A program made the translations under genes and the position numbers. A stretch of 64,000 nucleotides of DNA from Candidatus Onthoplasma sp. Lineage in GTDB: Bacteria; Bacillota; Clostridia; Christensenellales; UBA1242. Shown in pieces: positions 20,855-28,950 of this stretch. The notes beneath the pieces are model-generated. The model saw nothing but the letters and a program-made list of their open reading frames with translations. It was not told the DNA's origin and did not search any database. Numbering within the stretch: the first letter of the stretch is position 1; each line of letters begins with the position of its first letter. The DNA is taken from NCBI GenBank assembly GCA_045633245.1, contig JAZQYA010000001.1, positions 3,017-67,016 on the forward strand, in the 5' to 3' direction.

Positions 20855-21938
20855 ATCTTCAATGCCATCTTTAGATGAATATGTTGAAGAGATTAAAGAC
20901 ATCTGGGAAAGCAGATGGTTAACAAATATGGGTGTTAAACACAATACTTTAAAAGATAGACTAAATGATTATTTAGATGTTGAAAAAATAGATTTATTAA
21001 CAAATGGTCATTTGGCTATTGAACTATCTTTGCAGGCATTAAAATTGAAAGGAGAGGTGATAACAACTCCGTTCACTTTTGCATCAACAACTCACGCAAT
21101 TGTTAGAAATGGGCTAACACCTGTTTTTTGTGATATTGATCCAATTGATTTTACAATCGACACAACAAAACTTGAAAGTTTAATCACTGATAGGACTTGT
21201 GGAATTTTGCCAGTTCACGTTTATGGAAATGTGTGTAATGTGGAAGAGATTGAACGCATTGCAAAAAAACATGGATTAAAAGTTATTTATGATGCGGCAC
21301 ATACCTTTGGTGTTAAATACAAAGGCAAAGGAATAGGTAGTTATGGTGATGTGTCGTGCTTCAGTTTTCATGCGACAAAAGTTTTTAACTCTATTGAAGG
21401 TGGAGCAGTTACTTTTAAAGACGAAAATTTTGGAAAAGAAATTTATAAATTGAAAAACTTTGGAATAAAAGATCCCGAAACAGTTGATGGTGTTGGTGCA
21501 AATGCAAAAATGAATGAATTTTGTGCTGCTATGGGATTGTGCAATTTAAAACATATTGATTCTGAAATTCAAAAAAGAAAAATGGTTGTTGAAAGATACA
21601 ATAAACACCTTGAAAATGTTAAAGGGATTCAAATAAATCCTAAGCAAGAAGGCGTTGAATCAAATTATGCCTATTATCCTATAATTGTACATGAAAATGA
21701 ATTTGGTGTAACAAGAAATGATGTTTTTGTTGAATTGGCAAAACATAATATTGGTGCAAGAAAATATTTTTATCCTTTAACAAATGATTTTGATTGTTAT
21801 AAAGATAAATTTAATGTGCATGAAACACCAATAGCATTAAAAATTAGCAAAAGAGTTTTAACACTTCCTCTTTATGCTGATTTAAACTTGGATGATGTTG
21901 ATAGAATTTGCGAAATTATTTTAAGCATGAAAAAGTAA
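20832..21938 (+). CDS. DegT/DnrJ/EryC1/StrS family sugar aminotransferase
   Basis: 368 aa. The PLP-lysine context FSFHATKVFNSIEGGA and overall similarity point to nucleotide-sugar 3- or 4-aminotransferases. Confidence 0.85.
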   Translation: MKQILVTKSSMPSLDEYVEEIKDIWESRWLTNMGVKHNTLKDRLNDYLDVEKIDLLTNGHLAIELSLQALKLKGEVITTPFTFASTTHAIVRNGLTPVFCDIDPIDFTIDTTKLESLITDRTCGILPVHVYGNVCNVEEIERIAKKHGLKVIYDAAHTFGVKYKGKGIGSYGDVSCFSFHATKVFNSIEGGAVTFKDENFGKEIYKLKNFGIKDPETVDGVGANAKMNEFCAAMGLCNLKHIDSEIQKRKMVVERYNKHLENVKGIQINPKQEGVESNYAYYPIIVHENEFGVTRNDVFVELAKHNIGARKYFYPLTNDFDCYKDKFNVHETPIALKISKRVLTLPLYADLNLDDVDRICEIILSMKK

Positions 21939-21952
21939 TATTGGAGAAAATT

Positions 21953-23131
21953 ATGAAAATTTCAAAAAAGGCCTGTGTTATTGAACCATCATTAACCAGG
22001 CAATTATTTAATATGGCACAAAAATATGATGATGTTGTGGATCTAACACTTGGAGATCCCGATGTTTGTCCATCTGATGTTATAAAAAAAGCAGCTTGTG
22101 AAGCAATAATGATGGGAAAAACTCGATATTCTTCTAATGCCGGTTTAATTCAACTTAGACAGGTTATAGCAAATCATATACAAAGTGAATATAAAATTGC
22201 AGCAGATCCAAATTCCGAAATCTTGGTTACTGTTGGTGGAATGGAAGCGTTATACTTAGCTTTATCTTGCATAATTGATGAAGGAGATGAAATTATCATA
22301 CATGCTCCATATTATGTAAATTATGTGCAAATGATAAGAATGTGTGGAGGTGTTCCAATTATTATAAACACTTCTGAAGATAATGGTTTCATCCTAACAG
22401 CCGAATCGGTTAAAGAAAAAATAACAAGCAGAACGGTTGGTATTGTTATCAATAATCCTTGCAATCCAACAGGTGAAGTTTTAGATGAAAAAACATTAGA
22501 TGAATTGGCGGAAATTGTTAGGCAAAACAATTTAATTGTCATTTCAGATGAGGTGTATAGCTCTTTAGTGTTTGATGGCAAAAAACATCATAGCATTTTA
22601 ACAAGAGATAATATGAAAGATCACACTATTTTAATAGATAGTGTTTCAAAAAGATTTGCAATGACTGGTTATAGATTAGGTTATGTTTATGCACCTAATG
22701 AAATTATTGCAAATATGACTAAGATGCAAGAAAATGTTGCGGCTTGCGCCCCATTACCATCTCAATACGCGGCAATTGCAGCATACACTTTTAGTGATAA
22801 CGATGAGTCTTTAAAAAATATATTTGAAGCAAGACGAAATTATATTTATCAAGCAATTAAAGATATAGATGGATTAACATGTAGGAAACCCTCAGCGACT
22901 TTTTATTTGTTTGTGAATATCTCAAAAACAGGTCTTGCGTCTTTAGAGTTCGCTAAGCAACTTTTACAAACAAAACATGTGGCGGTGGCACCTGGAATAA
23001 CTTATGGTAAAAATTACGACAATTATATTAGAATTGCATATACATTGAAAGAAGAAAAACTTCGCGAAGCTGTAAAAAGAATTAAAGAATTTATGTTGAG
23101 TTTAAAAAACAGCAAGGAGCATAAAAAATGA
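21953..23131 (+). CDS. Class I/II PLP-dependent aminotransferase (aspartate-aminotransferase fold)
   Basis: Contains the SVSKRFAMTGYRLGY PLP-Lys motif and NNPCNPTG. GGAG lies upstream of ATG 21953. Confidence 0.85.
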   Translation: MKISKKACVIEPSLTRQLFNMAQKYDDVVDLTLGDPDVCPSDVIKKAACEAIMMGKTRYSSNAGLIQLRQVIANHIQSEYKIAADPNSEILVTVGGMEALYLALSCIIDEGDEIIIHAPYYVNYVQMIRMCGGVPIIINTSEDNGFILTAESVKEKITSRTVGIVINNPCNPTGEVLDEKTLDELAEIVRQNNLIVISDEVYSSLVFDGKKHHSILTRDNMKDHTILIDSVSKRFAMTGYRLGYVYAPNEIIANMTKMQENVAACAPLPSQYAAIAAYTFSDNDESLKNIFEARRNYIYQAIKDIDGLTCRKPSATFYLFVNISKTGLASLEFAKQLLQTKHVAVAPGITYGKNYDNYIRIAYTLKEEKLREAVKRIKEFMLSLKNSKEHKK

Positions 23132-24330
23132 AAAAACTACTATTTTTAGGCGGATCAATGCAACAAATCCCAGCAATTAAAAAAGCAAAAGAAATGGGTT
23201 TTTATGTGATAACGTGCGATTATTTGCCAAATAATCCTGGACATGCTTATAGTGATGAATATCATAATGTTAGCACAACAGATTTAGATGGTGTTCTCAA
23301 AATAGCAAAAGAACTTCAAATTGATGGTATTGTTGCTTACGCTTCAGATCCTGCTGCGCCAACTGCTGCCTATGTTGCAAATAAAATGGATCTTCCTGGA
23401 AATCCTTATGAATCTGTTAAGTTGTTGACAGAAAAGGATTTGTTTAGAGAATTTTTGGCTGAACATGGTTTTAATTGTCCGCAAGCATGTGGATATTTTA
23501 GTTTTGAAGCAGCATATTCAGAAATTGATAAATTTAAATTTCCTGTTATGGTTAAACCTGTTGATTCATCAGGAAGCAAGGGAGTTGTTAAAATTTATGA
23601 TAAAACAGAACTAATGGCTGCTGTTGAAGAAGCATTATCTTATTCAAGAAGCAAGCGATTTATTGTTGAAGAGTTTATTGAGAAAAAAGGTTATCAAGTG
23701 TCAGGTGATGGATTTTCTGTTGATGGAAAATTGGTTTTCACAAGTTATGGAAACGAACTTTACAGTTCTGTTGGTGGGACTCGTGAATATGTTGCACTTG
23801 GTGAATTTTGGCCAAGTCTTTTAAGCAATGATTTAAAAGAAAAAATAGATGCCGAACTTCAAAGATTAATCACAGCACTTGGAATGAAAACCTGCGCATA
23901 TAATATCGAAGTAATTTTAGATAAAAATGATAATGTATACATTTTGGAACTTGGTCCAAGAAATGGTGGAAGCTACATTCCTCAACTAATTCAATATGCA
24001 ACAGGTGTTGATATGATTGAGTACACTCTTAAAGGTGCAATGGGTTTGGATTGTTCTGAATTAAAAATGACTGGTTCTCAAGGATTTTATAGCAATTATA
24101 TGATTATGAGTATAGAATCTGGTGTGTTCAAAGAAATTTGGTTTGATCAAAAATTTAAGGATAACAATTTATTGGAAGTTCATTGTACGTACTCTAAAGG
24201 AGAAAATGTTAGTGCTTATAAAAACACAACACATTCTTTAGGTACTTTGATTTTCAAGGCTGCAACGCTTGAAGAAATGCTTGAGATCACAAAAAACATT
24301 CATAATTATTATAAGGTTGTTGTTGAATAA
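23128..24330 (+). CDS. ATP-grasp domain carboxylate-amine ligase
   Basis: 400 aa with a pre-ATP-grasp N-domain, PVMVKPVDSSGSKGV and ELGPRNGG. 4-nt overlap with the upstream gene. Confidence 0.75.
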   Translation: MKKLLFLGGSMQQIPAIKKAKEMGFYVITCDYLPNNPGHAYSDEYHNVSTTDLDGVLKIAKELQIDGIVAYASDPAAPTAAYVANKMDLPGNPYESVKLLTEKDLFREFLAEHGFNCPQACGYFSFEAAYSEIDKFKFPVMVKPVDSSGSKGVVKIYDKTELMAAVEEALSYSRSKRFIVEEFIEKKGYQVSGDGFSVDGKLVFTSYGNELYSSVGGTREYVALGEFWPSLLSNDLKEKIDAELQRLITALGMKTCAYNIEVILDKNDNVYILELGPRNGGSYIPQLIQYATGVDMIEYTLKGAMGLDCSELKMTGSQGFYSNYMIMSIESGVFKEIWFDQKFKDNNLLEVHCTYSKGENVSAYKNTTHSLGTLIFKAATLEEMLEITKNIHNYYKVVVE

Positions 24331-24764
24331 TGGAAGTAAAAATTTTTAAAGATAATAATGATATTTTTGAATTGTTAATTGAATTTGATAATTGCTTTCC
24401 ACATTTAAAAGAAAAAGTTGCAAATTATTATGAGTTTGCGTTTAAGTTGGCTAAGAATGCCAATGTTATAACAATTCAAAAAGATCATAAAAATGTTGCA
24501 TTATGTGTTTTCTATGCAAATGATGAAAAAACAAAAATTGGATATATTTCCCTTATTGCTGTAAAAAGGTCCCACAGGGGATTAAATTGGGGGAAAGAAA
24601 TTTTATCAGAAACTATTCAATTTATGCAAAAAAAAGGAATGCAAAAACTAAGGCTTGAAGTTGATAATGATAATGAAAACGCAATTGGTTTTTATTATCA
24701 TATGGGTTTCAAAAAAATTGGTAAGGTGGGTAAAGAAAGTTTTTATTTAGAGTTAGACATCTAA
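24330..24764 (+). CDS. GNAT family N-acetyltransferase
   Basis: 144 aa with acetyl-CoA motif A (VKRSHRGLNWGKEIL) and a FYYHMGFKK tail. Its ATG overlaps the upstream stop. Confidence 0.8.
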   Translation: MEVKIFKDNNDIFELLIEFDNCFPHLKEKVANYYEFAFKLAKNANVITIQKDHKNVALCVFYANDEKTKIGYISLIAVKRSHRGLNWGKEILSETIQFMQKKGMQKLRLEVDNDNENAIGFYYHMGFKKIGKVGKESFYLELDI

Positions 24765-24794
24765 AAAATTATAACATGATTATTAAAATTTTAA

Positions 24795-24818
24795 ATGGGG
24801 ATATTGTCCCTATTTTTT
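24795..24818 (+). terminator. Terminator of the polysaccharide operon
   Basis: ATGGGGA / TCCCTAT stem (one G-U pair), TATTG loop, then a T6 run. Confidence 0.6.
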
Positions 24819-24835
24819 AACCACGCCTTTAATTA

Positions 24836-24883
24836 TATAAAAATCACCCTTGAAATGCGCCAGTTTATAGGCAATTTCAAGGG
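24836..24883 (-). terminator. Terminator downstream of tRNA-Thr
   Basis: Perfect 10-bp stem CCCTTGAAAT (24847-24856) / ATTTCAAGGG (24874-24883) with a 17-nt loop, followed by UGAUUUUU on the minus strand. Confidence 0.6.
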
Positions 24884-24892
24884 TTAAGATTT

Positions 24893-24968
24893 TGGAGCTG
24901 ATAACGGGAATCGAACCCGTGACCTCCACCTTACCAAGGTGACGCTCTACCGACTGAGCCATATCAGC
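24893..24968 (-). tRNA. tRNA-Thr (anticodon GGT), CCA encoded
   Basis: The reverse complement GCTGATATGGCTCAGTCGGTAGAGCGTCACCTTGGTAAGGTGGAGGTCACGGGTTCGATTCCCGTTATCAGCTCCA folds by hand into a cloverleaf. The anticodon loop is TTGGTAA. Confidence 0.9.
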
Positions 24969-24998
24969 GTATTAAGATTTTTAATTATTGGGATTTTA

Positions 24999-25049
24999 GC
25001 CAGGTAGACATTACCAAGGTGTCGCTTTACCGACTAAGTTATATAAGTG
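24999..25049 (-). pseudogene. Decayed 5' half of a second tRNA-Thr copy
   Basis: The reverse complement ACTTATATAACTTAGTCGGTAAAGCGACACCTTGGTAATGTCT aligns with the acceptor-5', D-arm and anticodon arm of the adjacent tRNA-Thr, with the same TTGGTAA loop. No T-arm or 3' acceptor follows. Confidence 0.6.
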
Positions 25050-25197
25050 TATTTAATTTTTCTAAATTATGTTATTGATTATGATTCTAAATTAAATATG
25101 AATTTATTATAAATACAGTTTAAAGTTTTGTCAAGCAAGTGAAAAACATTTATAAATAAATAAACTAAAAATTTCAAAAAATTAATTGCTATGATGC

Positions 25198-25226
25198 TTG
25201 ACTTGTTTTATTTGATATGTTAATAT
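25198..25226 (+). promoter_or_regulatory. Sigma-70-type promoter of the aspS-asnS leader
   Basis: TTGACT (25198-25203), a 17-nt spacer, then TAATAT (25221-25226). Confidence 0.6.
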
Positions 25227-25240
25227 AACTACATTAAGAT

Positions 25241-25450
25241 GTTGACGGAAAAGAGTAACTTTGGAAGAGGCTTTTAGTGAGATAAGGATAGTGAGAACTT
25301 ATCAGTACAGCCAAAGTGAAAGACACTTCCCAGTCTTAAAAACAGCCAATAGGTTGCAGTTTTTAAAGTGGTTGAGTTAAACTCAACAAATTAGGTGGCA
25401 CCGCGGTGAGAGTTCATCGTCCTAATGCGATTAGCGTTAGGGCATTTTTT
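25241..25450 (+). promoter_or_regulatory. T-box riboswitch leader, Asp (GAC) specifier
   Basis: Stem I has an AGAGTA element, with ACTTTGG (25258-25264) pairing CCAAAGT (25311-25317). The specifier loop reads GAAA-GAC-A, with GAC at 25322-25324. The T-box sequence AAATTAGGTGGCACCGCG lies at about 25388-25405. A terminator hairpin CCTAATGC / GCGTTAGG plus a T-run sits at 25421-25450. Confidence 0.85.
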
Positions 25451-25489
25451 ATATTCTAATGCTTTTAAAAATTTTGATAAGGAGAAATT

Positions 25490-27229
25490 ATGATACACGT
25501 AAACAAATATAGAACAATAGATTGCGCAAGTTTGAGAATTCACAATGTTGGTGAGCAACACACATTATCAGGATATGTTGACACTATAAGAAAGTTGGGA
25601 GGAATAACTTTCTTGGTTTTGCGTGATTTCTATGGCAAAACTCAAATTATTTTACCTGAAAATTTAAATGTTGAATTAAATAAAGAAGATGTTATAACTG
25701 TTTCTGGAAAGGTTGAAGAACGTTCAAGTAAAAATCCACAAATGGAAACGGGAGATATTGAGGTAATAGCAGAAAAAATTGAGATTTTAAGCAGATGTAG
25801 ACATACTTTGCCTTTTGAAATTAAATCAAGTCAAGAAGTTAATGAAGATTTAAGATTGAAATATCGTTATCTCGACCTTCGTGCTGATTATAATAAGAAT
25901 ATGCTCAAATTAAGAAGTGATTTGATGTTGTTCGTTAGAAACTATATGAATAGTATAGACTTTTTGGAAGTGCAAACTCCAATTTTAACAGCATCAAGCC
26001 CTGAGGGAGCAAGAGATTTCTTAGTTCCTTCAAGATTAAACCCAGGAAAATTTTATGCATTGCCTCAAGCTCCACAACAATTTAAGCAATTGCTTATGAC
26101 AAGTGGTGTTGATAAATATTTCCAAATAGCACCATGTTTTAGAGATGAAGATGCAAGAGCAGATAGAAGCCCAACAGAATTTTATCAAATAGATATGGAA
26201 ATGGCTTTTGCAACTCAAGAAGAAGTATTTAAAGTTATAGAGGAATTATATGCTGGCATTTTTGAAAAGTTCGCAGGCAAGCGTCCTGTAACACCATTCA
26301 AAAGAATGACATATCTTGATGCAATGAAAGATTATTGTTCAGATAAGCCAGATCTTAGAAATCCACTTAAAGTGGTTGATGTTACAGATGTTTTCAAAGA
26401 AACAGAATTCAATGCATTCAAAAATAACACAATCAAAGCAATTAAAGTGAATTGTGGAGAAAAGGGAAGAAAATTTTACGATGCATTAACAGAATTCTTG
26501 AAGGGAAGAGAAGCAAAAGGGTTGGCTTATGTTAAGGTAAATGCTGAAGGTGAATTTGAAACAGGGATTAGTAAGTTTGTAACATCAGAACAAAAAGAAC
26601 AGCTTAAAACTATGTTACAATATGAAGAGAATGACACAATTTTCTTTGTTGCAGATGAAAAAGATAGAGCTGTTAAATTTACCAATATGTTAAGAAATGA
26701 ATTGGGTTCAAGATTGAACTTGATTGACGAAAATTCATTCAACTTTGTTTGGATTGTTGACTTCCCATTCTATGAACTTGACGATGAGGGTAAAATTGAA
26801 TTTTCACACAATCCATTTAGCATGCCACAAGTAAGCTTAGAAGAAATAAAGAAAGATCCTCTTAAAGCAAAAGCGTATCAATATGACCTTGTTATAAATG
26901 GATATGAAAGTTTGAGTGGAGGAGTTAGAAACTATGATCCAGAATTGATGGTTGAATTATTTAAAATTGCTGGCTATGGAAGAGAAGTTGTTGAAAATAA
27001 GTTCCCAGCGTTATACAATGCATTCCAATATGGCGCTCAACCTCATTGTGGAGCAGGAGCAGGATTTGATAGAATTATGATGCTTCTTACACACAATGAA
27101 TATATTCGTGATGTTTACGCATTCCCAATGAACAAAAATGGTTGTGACCCATTAACAAATGCTCCAAACGTTGTAACTGACAAACAATTAAAAGATGTTC
27201 ATATTAAATTAGATGTAAAAGGAGAATAA
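25490..27229 (+). CDS. aspS: Aspartate--tRNA ligase
   Basis: 579 aa. Class IIb motifs are present (FLVPSR, QAPQQFKQLLM, FRDEDARADRSPEFYQIDME, GAGAGFDRIMM). Confidence 0.95.
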   Translation: MIHVNKYRTIDCASLRIHNVGEQHTLSGYVDTIRKLGGITFLVLRDFYGKTQIILPENLNVELNKEDVITVSGKVEERSSKNPQMETGDIEVIAEKIEILSRCRHTLPFEIKSSQEVNEDLRLKYRYLDLRADYNKNMLKLRSDLMLFVRNYMNSIDFLEVQTPILTASSPEGARDFLVPSRLNPGKFYALPQAPQQFKQLLMTSGVDKYFQIAPCFRDEDARADRSPTEFYQIDMEMAFATQEEVFKVIEELYAGIFEKFAGKRPVTPFKRMTYLDAMKDYCSDKPDLRNPLKVVDVTDVFKETEFNAFKNNTIKAIKVNCGEKGRKFYDALTEFLKGREAKGLAYVKVNAEGEFETGISKFVTSEQKEQLKTMLQYEENDTIFFVADEKDRAVKFTNMLRNELGSRLNLIDENSFNFVWIVDFPFYELDDEGKIEFSHNPFSMPQVSLEEIKKDPLKAKAYQYDLVINGYESLSGGVRNYDPELMVELFKIAGYGREVVENKFPALYNAFQYGAQPHCGAGAGFDRIMMLLTHNEYIRDVYAFPMNKNGCDPLTNAPNVVTDKQLKDVHIKLDVKGE

Positions 27230-27230
27230 A

Positions 27231-28616
27231 ATGCAAAGAGTTGAATTAAGAGATTTACACAAAATCTACAAAGAATATGCAGACAAAACAATCACAATTT
27301 GTGGTTGGGCAAGAACAGTTAGAGACAGCAAAAACATTGCCTTTGTTGAAATCAATGATGGTGCGTTTAAGTCTGTTCAAGTTGTTGTTGAAAGAGAAAA
27401 AGTAACTAACTATGAAGAAATTGTAAAACAAAGAGTAGGTGCTTCATTTGAAATTAATGGAAGATTAATTTTAACGCCAAATGCTCAACAACCTTTTGAG
27501 ATTAGTGCAGTTGAAGTTAAAGTTCTTGGTGAAAGCGAAGCAGATTATCCACTTCAAAAGAAAGGTCACACGTTGGAATTTTTACGAACGATACCAACAA
27601 TCAGACCAAGAGGAAACTTGTTCAACGCAGTGTTTAGAGTTCGTTCTGTGGCAGCTTTTGCAATTCACAAATTCTTTAATGAAAGAAACTTTGTTTATGT
27701 TCACACTCCAATCATAACAGCAAATGATTGTGAAGGTGCTGGCGAAATGTTCCAAGTTACAACCCTTGATCTTGATAGAGTTGCTTCAAGTGGAAAAGTT
27801 GATTACAATAGAGATTTCTTTGGAAAGAAAGTGTCACTCACAGTTTCTGGTCAACTTCACGAAGAATGCATCACTCATGCATTTGGAAAGACATACACAT
27901 TTGGCCCAACATTTAGAGCAGAAAACAGTAACACAACTCGTCATGCTGCAGAATTCTGGATGATGGAACCTGAAATGTGTTTCTGCGATCTTGATGGACT
28001 TATGGATAATGAAGAAGAAATGATTAAATATGTTATTTCATATGTGATGAAAGAGTGTTGTGATGAAATGGAATTCTTAAACAAATTTGTTGATAAGGGC
28101 TTAATTGAAAGATTAAATAGTATTGTTGAAAACGATTTTGTTCGTCTTGATTATTCAGAGGCTATCACAATTCTTGAGAAGGTTAAAGATCGTTTCACTT
28201 TCCCTGTTAGTTGGGGAACAGATCTTCAAAGTGAGCATGAAAGATACATCACTGAAGAAGTTTTCAAAAAGCCTGTTTTCTTGAAGAACTATCCAAAGGA
28301 TATCAAAGCTTTCTATATGCGTCAAAATGACGACGGAAGAACTGTTGCGGCTGTTGATATGCTTGTTCCAGGAATTGGTGAACTATGTGGCGGAAGTCAA
28401 AGAGAAGAAAGACTTGATGTTTTAACAAATCGCATTAAAGAATTAGGCTTAAAAGAAGAAGATTATGCTTGGTATGTTAATACAAGAAGATACGGCACAA
28501 ACGTTCACGCTGGTTATGGTCTTGGGTTTGAACGTCTTGTTATGTATTTAACAGGAATAAGCAACATTCGTGACGTTGAACTTTATCCAAGAACTGTTGG
28601 AAGTATACAATATTAG
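27231..28616 (+). CDS. asnS: Asparagine--tRNA ligase
   Basis: 461 aa with an AsnRS pattern (GWARTVRDSKNIAFVEINDG, FRAENSNTTRHAAEFWMMEPE, GYGLGFERLVMY). The start is 1 nt after the aspS stop. Confidence 0.93.
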   Translation: MQRVELRDLHKIYKEYADKTITICGWARTVRDSKNIAFVEINDGAFKSVQVVVEREKVTNYEEIVKQRVGASFEINGRLILTPNAQQPFEISAVEVKVLGESEADYPLQKKGHTLEFLRTIPTIRPRGNLFNAVFRVRSVAAFAIHKFFNERNFVYVHTPIITANDCEGAGEMFQVTTLDLDRVASSGKVDYNRDFFGKKVSLTVSGQLHEECITHAFGKTYTFGPTFRAENSNTTRHAAEFWMMEPEMCFCDLDGLMDNEEEMIKYVISYVMKECCDEMEFLNKFVDKGLIERLNSIVENDFVRLDYSEAITILEKVKDRFTFPVSWGTDLQSEHERYITEEVFKKPVFLKNYPKDIKAFYMRQNDDGRTVAAVDMLVPGIGELCGGSQREERLDVLTNRIKELGLKEEDYAWYVNTRRYGTNVHAGYGLGFERLVMYLTGISNIRDVELYPRTVGSIQY

Positions 28617-28647
28617 AAAAAATCCACAATTTTGTGGATTTTTTTAA
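28617..28647. terminator. Bidirectional terminator (asnS / XRE gene)
   Basis: AATCCACA (28621-28628) pairs with TGTGGATT (28633-28640), flanked by an A-run and a T-run. Confidence 0.7.
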
Positions 28648-28853
28648 AAGGCTATTTCAGTTAATAGTAAGTCATCAATTGACACTCTAAAGAAATTTGC
28701 AATAGTTATTATATTAGTCGCTGTTGGTTCATAAATGTTGTTTTCCCAAAATGAAATCATTCCATTGCTAACACCCAATTCTTTTGCATGTTGAGATTGG
28801 CTTAACTTTCTTTCATTTCTTAAAGTTTTCAAATTGACAGAAAAATAATTCAT
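28644..28853 (-). CDS. XRE family helix-turn-helix transcriptional regulator
   Basis: 69 aa with an HTH_3 pattern: LKTLRNERKLSQSQHAKELGVSNGMISFWENN. Confidence 0.8.
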   Translation of the reverse strand: MNYFSVNLKTLRNERKLSQSQHAKELGVSNGMISFWENNIYEPTATNIITIANFFRVSIDDLLLTEIAF

Positions 28854-28859
28854 ATATTA

Positions 28860-28873
28860 CTTAGTTTACTAAG
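28860..28873. promoter_or_regulatory. Palindromic operator candidate O1 (CTTAGT-TT-ACTAAG)
   Basis: 14-bp palindrome immediately upstream of the XRE start codon. Confidence 0.5.
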
Positions 28874-28890
28874 AAATTTTTGAAATATGC

Positions 28891-28920
28891 TTGACGCTTA
28901 GTATACTAAGGGGTTAAAAT
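28891..28920 (+). promoter_or_regulatory. Promoter of the lipoprotein gene
   Basis: TTGACG (28891-28896), an 18-nt spacer, then TAAAAT (28915-20). Operator O2 lies in the spacer. Confidence 0.5.
28897..28910. promoter_or_regulatory. Palindromic operator candidate O2 (CTTAGT-AT-ACTAAG)
   Basis: Perfect 14-bp palindrome with the same half-sites as O1. It sits inside the spacer of the divergent promoter. Confidence 0.5.
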
Positions 28921-28950
28921 AAAATCATATAGTTTCAGGGAGGAATGAAA

